From Stegostoma tigrinum (lineage: Eukaryota): DNA of 64,000 nucleotides. How positions within the stretch are numbered: position 1 is the stretch's first letter; every line of letters begins with the position of its first letter. The DNA lies in NCBI RefSeq assembly GCF_030684315.1, contig NC_081374.1, forward strand, positions 12,016,837 through 12,080,836, written 5' to 3'. Under the pieces are notes generated by a model that was not told the DNA's origin, searched no databases, and saw only the letters and a list, made by a program, of their open reading frames with translations. A program made the translations under genes and the position numbers. This document shows, one piece after another, positions 58,320 to 64,000 of this stretch.

Positions 58320-61300
58320 AACATAGCCTACTACTGGTCTAAGGAGGAAACGAGTTGTCGTTTCTTTCATTCCTGCAATTATTTACAGATTTCATAAATA
58401 AGCTCAACATTACAACAAACACTGTTGGGACGAACAAACCTGAGGTCTGAGACACTCAACTCTCTCACCTCAAGGCACCATCAAGGTGTGTGGTGCACAT
58501 TGTGTTCAATCAAGTACTGAGCCCTTCAACCCCATTCAGGCCCAAATACAAGATTAACTATTGAGGAAAGCTGTTAGTTTTACTGATAATGGGTAAGGTC
58601 TCTTGATCCACTGAGAATTATAGCACACATCACATTCCCAGTGCTCCGTACTCCCTCTCTCCATTACCTTCAACCTGAAAGAGCCGACCTCTCCCTGGAT
58701 GATCCTTCATTCTGGGAGGCCTGGGGTGTGTCATTGTCCTGTCAACAGACTTGACCTTCCCCATGACACTGCCAGCTTCTGATTGGCCAGGAGCTCTCCA
58801 CAGCTGGGACATTCTTACCCTGGTTCCGAATTTCAGCAGAAAGCCCACCAGGAGCCAATCAGCCCTCTAAAAACTAGATAACTCAAAAGGATTTCGCACT
58901 CTTACAGAATGTAGCATTCTCTCCTGTAAATGCTCCTATTAAACATGAACTTAATTTGAAACTGAGACTTTCCTGCCTCTTTACCACATATTTCCCAACT
59001 TTCATGGTTACAGTAGGTTCTGTTATTTTCTACAATTAGATTTGAAACTTGTCTTTGTGGGGTGTCAATGAAGCAGTTTCTTTAAAAAATTCTGAACTTT
59101 GTCTCAAGGAGTCACATGGGAGCAGAATTAACTCAGGAAATTAATCCATTCATTGTCAAATATTAGAGATTTTTAATGTCGACTTTAACATGGCTTTTAA
59201 TAAAAGAAAATTTATTCTGTGTCAGGACTAGACATGGTAAATGCAAAAAAGATGTTCCCAATGATCAGAGCATCCGCAAACAGGCAGCAGCCGAAGGATA
59301 AGACTACGCCATTTTGTAGGCAGATGAGGAGAAATGACTTCACTCAGAAAATGCTGAACTTTTGGAATTCTCTGCGACAGAAAGCAGCTGAGTTCAAAAC
59401 ATTGAAAGATTTCAGAAAGGAGTATGATATCGTTAGATAACAGCTGGGAATAAGTTGTATTTCTGCTGAGGGCGTGGTTGGTGGGGCAGGGAGAGGGGAG
59501 GGGATAGGTGGAGATGGAGCCTTGAGACAGAGATATGAAAGAGGAGAGGCAGAGCATCCCCATTCCACCATCAACCTCCTCCACCTGGTTGAGCTAATCC
59601 TCACTTTGAACAACTTCTCCTTCAACTCCTCTCATTTACTTGCTGCCAGAGGCAAGTACAATTTTAACAAACGTTTGGACAGGTACTTGGATGGGTTAGG
59701 TATGGAGAACCAATGCAGGCAAATGGGACTAAATTAATTGTGAAAACTGGGTGGCATGGACAACTTGGACCAAGGAGCCTGTTTCTGTGCTGTAGACCTC
59801 TACGACTCTGTGACTGTCTGACTCTTCAGGTCAAAGGTGTGGATATGGCTACTCACACAGGCAGCAGGTATGTTGGTCTCTTTGTGGGGAACGTGGAACA
59901 TTCCTTGTACAATCCTACTCCCATCACAGCCCTTTCCCCGGTATGTCAATGATATCATTGGTGTTGCTTCTCTCTCTCATCCAGAATTTGACAACTTGAT
60001 CAATTTCATTTCCAATTTTCATCCTGCTCTCATCTTCATCTGATCTACTTAGGACTCCTCCCTCCCCTTCCTCAACATCTCTCTTTCTGTTTCTGTGGAT
60101 AACCTGGTCACCAATATCCTTTATAAACTCACTGACTCCCACAGTTACCTCAACTATGCATTCTCACACACTGCTTCCTGTACAGACTTTATTCCCTTCT
60201 CCCTGTATTTCTGTCTCCGTCTCTGTCTCAACGATGCCTGTTCTAGAACAGGATGCAAGAAATACCCACATTCTTTCATCAGCCCAAGGATTTCCCAGCA
60301 CCATGGTTGATAACGCCCCCAACCCATGTCCTACCCAACTTCCACACTTCTGCCCTCGCTCATTCTCTTTCCTCCTACAGCAACAGTAGCGTCCCCCTCA
60401 TCCTCACCAACCATCCCTCCAGCATCCACATCCAAAGGATCATAAGTCACCATTTCTTTCATCTGCAATGGGATGCCACCACCAGACACATATTCCCCTC
60501 CACTCCATTGTCAGCTTTTCACAGGGACCATTCCCTCCAGGGCAGCCTGGTCCACTCCTCCTCCACTCCCAACACCCCCACAGCACCTTCCCATGTAATC
60601 ACAGAAGGTGTAATACCTGCCCGTTTATTTCCTCCCTCCTCACTAATCTAGGTGAAGCAGCGATGTACCTGCACTTCACACAGTCTGGTTTACTGTGTTC
60701 GCTGCTCATAACTTGGTCTCCTTTATACTGGGGAGATGAAACACGTACTGGGCAAACACTTTTCAGAATGTCTATGCTATGTCTGACAATGACTCCAAGC
60801 TTCCGTTGCCCACCACTTCAACACATTTCCGTGTTCTCTGGCCAACATTTTTGTCACAGACTTCTACCTCCACCCAGCTCCGCCACCTCCCCACCTTGCC
60901 TACAGCATAGCTACCACTTTTTCCAATCTGCTCTCAGTTCAGCTGAAGAGTCACTGGATGTGAAATATTCAGTCTGCTTTTTTCCCAAAGAAACTTCCAG
61001 ATCTGCTGAGATTCAGCAGCAATTTCTGTTTAAGTTTCAGATCACCATCATCAGCTTCTTTGTTTCATTTGACCGTTAGGCGTGACTGTAATGCCTCCTT
61101 TGATAAATCCTCATTGGAGCTGGTGGCTCATCCTCCATCACTGGTAACAGGACAGGTCTGTCATGGGCATCAAGTTTAAAGGCTCTTTTGGTAGTGTCCC
61201 TACCTCTGGGATAGAAAGTTCATCTTCAGACATGTGCCTGGACAAGTTGTTAAGAAGTGCTTTCCTTTTTAGAAAAGAGGATTTGGACTTGTCCATTTGA

Positions 61301-62349
61301 GTTTGAGTTGTTTCAATGTAATTTGGGCCAATTGTTTTATTTATTTAAATGATGGGAAGGGAGGTTGGTGGCTGCTCTGAGTGTACACAGCAGTTGTCAC
61401 CAGAAACAGTTTCCAGGCGGGTACCACCACCAGTGTAGAATCAAGGGACCGAAATGGCCCTTCCTCGCGACTTTTTAAATGCTACAAGAACCTTCCAAGG
61501 TGAATGTACATTGCCCTGTACTTCCAATGTGAATTTTTCTCCCAATTCGGTATTTTGCAAATGAAATCCTTCATTTATTCTCTTGTCTGCGAGCAGAAAT
61601 TTTGAATTTTATTCTGCACTGGCTGATGCTGAACTTTGCAGTAACTCTGGAGCTCTGAGATTGTTATATCTAGAAAAAATTGAAATAATTCCACTTACAG
61701 GGTCCCCAGACACTTGTGTGGATCAACCTCCAAATTGCTTAGAGACATGAGCGACCTCAAGAGCTTAGTAAAGTACAACAAAAGTTTCTGATACCCTGCT
61801 CCACATAGAAGAAGTTATGTACAGTTGTTTTACTGCTTGCTTATTTTTAGCTAAAATAGGAAGAAACATACATTTGCACAGGAAAAGCAGAAATTCCTGC
61901 ATCACTTTGCAGAACTAAGAAGCTGAAAGGCCAACCTCAATTCCTGCGCCTTTGCGGTTATTTTTGAATCAATTTAAATATCTCCAATGGCTTTTGTGAA
62001 ACACAAGTGACAACTGTATTTTATAAAAGTGTGACGAGCTCATTCAAGCTTTTTTTATTTCCAGGCTTGACTATTCCAATGCAGCCAATCTCCAAGGTTC
62101 TGGCCTTGTCCTAATTTGCACAAAGTTTCATTTAACCATCACCCTTGTGCTAACTGGCCTACATAAGCTTACAGTTGAGTCAAAGGGAAGCTTTCCTCAA
62201 AATTGCAGCTGTAACAATTATAGCCCGTTCTCTCCTGAATGACGAATAAGCAAATGAGGACAGCCACAATGTATATTTAGCTGTCTGCAACCTCTGTATC
62301 ACATTGAAAGGAAGATAAAAACACAGAGATAGGCACAACAGCCCTAGGA

Positions 62350-63330
62350 ATTAGAAACAAAAACAGAAATTAGTGGAGAGACTCAGTAGGTCTGCCAGCA
62401 TCTGCAGAGAGAAAGCAGAATTAATGTTTTGAGCCCAGTGACCCTTCTTCGAAATTGACAGCAGCTGGGAAGATGTCATCTGTATGCTAAAGATGGGAGA
62501 GATGGGTGGGGAAAGGAGTGAGTGCGATAGGTGAAGATGGTGCTCAGAGAGTGGCAGAGAGAGAGAGAGAAAATGGTATTTAGGGAGACAGGGGGATGCA
62601 TGGTAATATGCCAGGGAGAAAGAAAAACTGATATATGGAACCACAAGTCAGTGAAAATTTGCTGGCTGTGTTGAAAGCTGACTGTGTCATGCCAGGGCCT
62701 GGTGTAGGGTGGGGTTTGGGTAAAGGGCATGAGAGAAGGTATTCAGGCTCTAAAATTATTGAAACTCACTACTGAATCCTGAAGGCTGCATCGTTAGCCA
62801 GTGGAAAATGAGATAAGATTCTTCAATCTTGCACTGAGCTTTAGTGGAGCACTGAGGCAAGCTTAAGAGAGACATATTGGCTGGAGAACATGGTGGAATG
62901 TTGAAGTGGCAGGCAACTCAAGGCCACTTAATGTATACTAAGTACGCCACTATGCAAAGCGGTCTCTCCCTCCGCATTTTGTCTCCCAGAGGAGACCACT
63001 TTGTGAGCAGCAAATGCAGTAGACTGGATTGTGTGAAGTGCATGTGTATCACTGATTCATTCAAAAGACCATTTCGGCACTTGGTTGGTGAGGAGGGAGC
63101 AAGTATATGGGTCGGTATTACACCTTCTATGATTGCAGCGGAAGTTGCCGTGGAGGTGTGGGGACATGTTGGAAGTGGAGGAAGGATGGACAAGGGTGTC
63201 CTGGAGGGAATAACCGTCATGAAATGCAGACAAGGGAGGGGGTGGGAATATGTGCCTGGTGGTGGCATCCCACTGGAGGTGGCAGAAATGGCAGCTTATG
63301 ACCCTGGAAATGTGTAGGATGGGGATGAAC
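62350..63330 (-). mobile_element. Penelope-like element; truncated counterpart at ~53120..53461
   Basis: CHFCHLQWDATTRHIFP and FRCNHRRCNT; terminal repeat similar to 46551..46700. Confidence 0.8.
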
Positions 63331-63499
63331 ATAAGTAAGGGATTTTGTCAAAATGTCCCCAATAAGTGTTTAAGCTACGTGATACCTCAAAGATTGCTGG
63401 GGAACCTATGGTCATTAAAAGACCCCTCAGAATAATCTGTTTTAGCTAGCAAAGTGGATAATCTCACATTTATCCACATTATACTGCATCTGCCATCCA

Positions 63500-64000
63500 T
63501 TACCATCCACCAGTAATTCAAGTGGACTTGCCACACAAACACAATAGCTTCAGGAACAGGTCAGAGACTAGCAATGCCGCAGGGAGTAATTCACCTCCTG
63601 ACTCCCCAGAGCCTATCCACCATCAACAAGGCACAAGTCAGGAGTGTGATGAAATACTCCCCATTTGCCTGGATGAGTGTAGCTCCAATAATGGCCAAGA
63701 ACTTAACACCACCCAGAACAAAGCAGCTCAGTTGATTGGCACCACATCCACAAAACTCCACTCCCTCCATCACTGACACAGTGTTGCAGCAGTGACCTAT
63801 CCCCAAGATGCGTGTGGAAATTCACCAAAATTGCTTCGATAGCACCTTCCAAACCCAAGACCACTTCCATCTCGAAGGACAAAGGCAGCAGATACCTGGG
63901 AACACCGCCACCTGCAAGTTCCCCTCCAAGCCACTCACCATCCTGACTTGGAAATATATCACCATTCAATCACTATCGCTGGGGAAAAGCCCTGCAATTC
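63500..64000 (+). mobile_element. CR1/L2-group LINE 3' region of another family; related 3' end at ~52300..52460
   Basis: LSTINKAQVRSVMKYSPFAWMS and LNTTQNKAAQLIG post-RT motifs. Confidence 0.7.

Larger units (their letters stand above)
53480..62760. repeat. Older tandem duplication, copy 2, with several large indels
   Basis: Colinear with copy 1. Lacks equivalents of 41604..42986, ~46227..46649 and ~49133..52961; has extra sequence between TG tracts. Confidence 0.88.

Noticed and set aside
57312-58370. Long ORFs of 257-323 aa on both strands
   Set aside because: Artefacts of translating the N gap and TG repeats.
1-64000. CRISPR arrays, rRNA, genuine tRNA genes, prokaryotic operons
   Set aside because: None seen; tRNA-like boxes occur only as SINE heads and the DNA is intron-containing vertebrate sequence.

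Overview
Eukaryotic, repeat-rich vertebrate DNA; the CR1, L2, Penelope-like, V-SINE and Deu-SINE content points to a cartilaginous fish (inference). One intact host gene can be assembled by hand on the + strand: a 7-exon, 415-aa type I immunoglobulin-superfamily receptor (30671-43102). It has a leader, a CD300/pIgR-type V domain, an FCRL-like C2 domain, an S/T/P stalk, an uncharged TM and a tail with four Tyr motifs (two canonical ITIMs). All introns are GT-AG with matching phases. Both ends of the gene are tandemly duplicated while the ectodomain exons are single-copy. (i) A ~12.3-kb unit ending in intron 1 occurs three times (<1-7245, 7246-19563, 19564-31880), giving three identical leader exons, each with octamer and PU.1-like motifs upstream. 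(ii) An older duplication (40523-53461 vs 53480-62760) supplies a second intact TM exon and a shortened tail, whose deletion junction happens to offer an in-frame CAG acceptor leading to two canonical ITIMs. The rest is decayed mobile DNA: a nested L2>CR1>CR1 stack, Penelope-like elements with minimal hammerhead-ribozyme motifs, SINEs and a Harbinger transposase relic. There is a 713-bp assembly gap. All alignments and family calls were made by eye from recalled consensus motifs; no searches were run.
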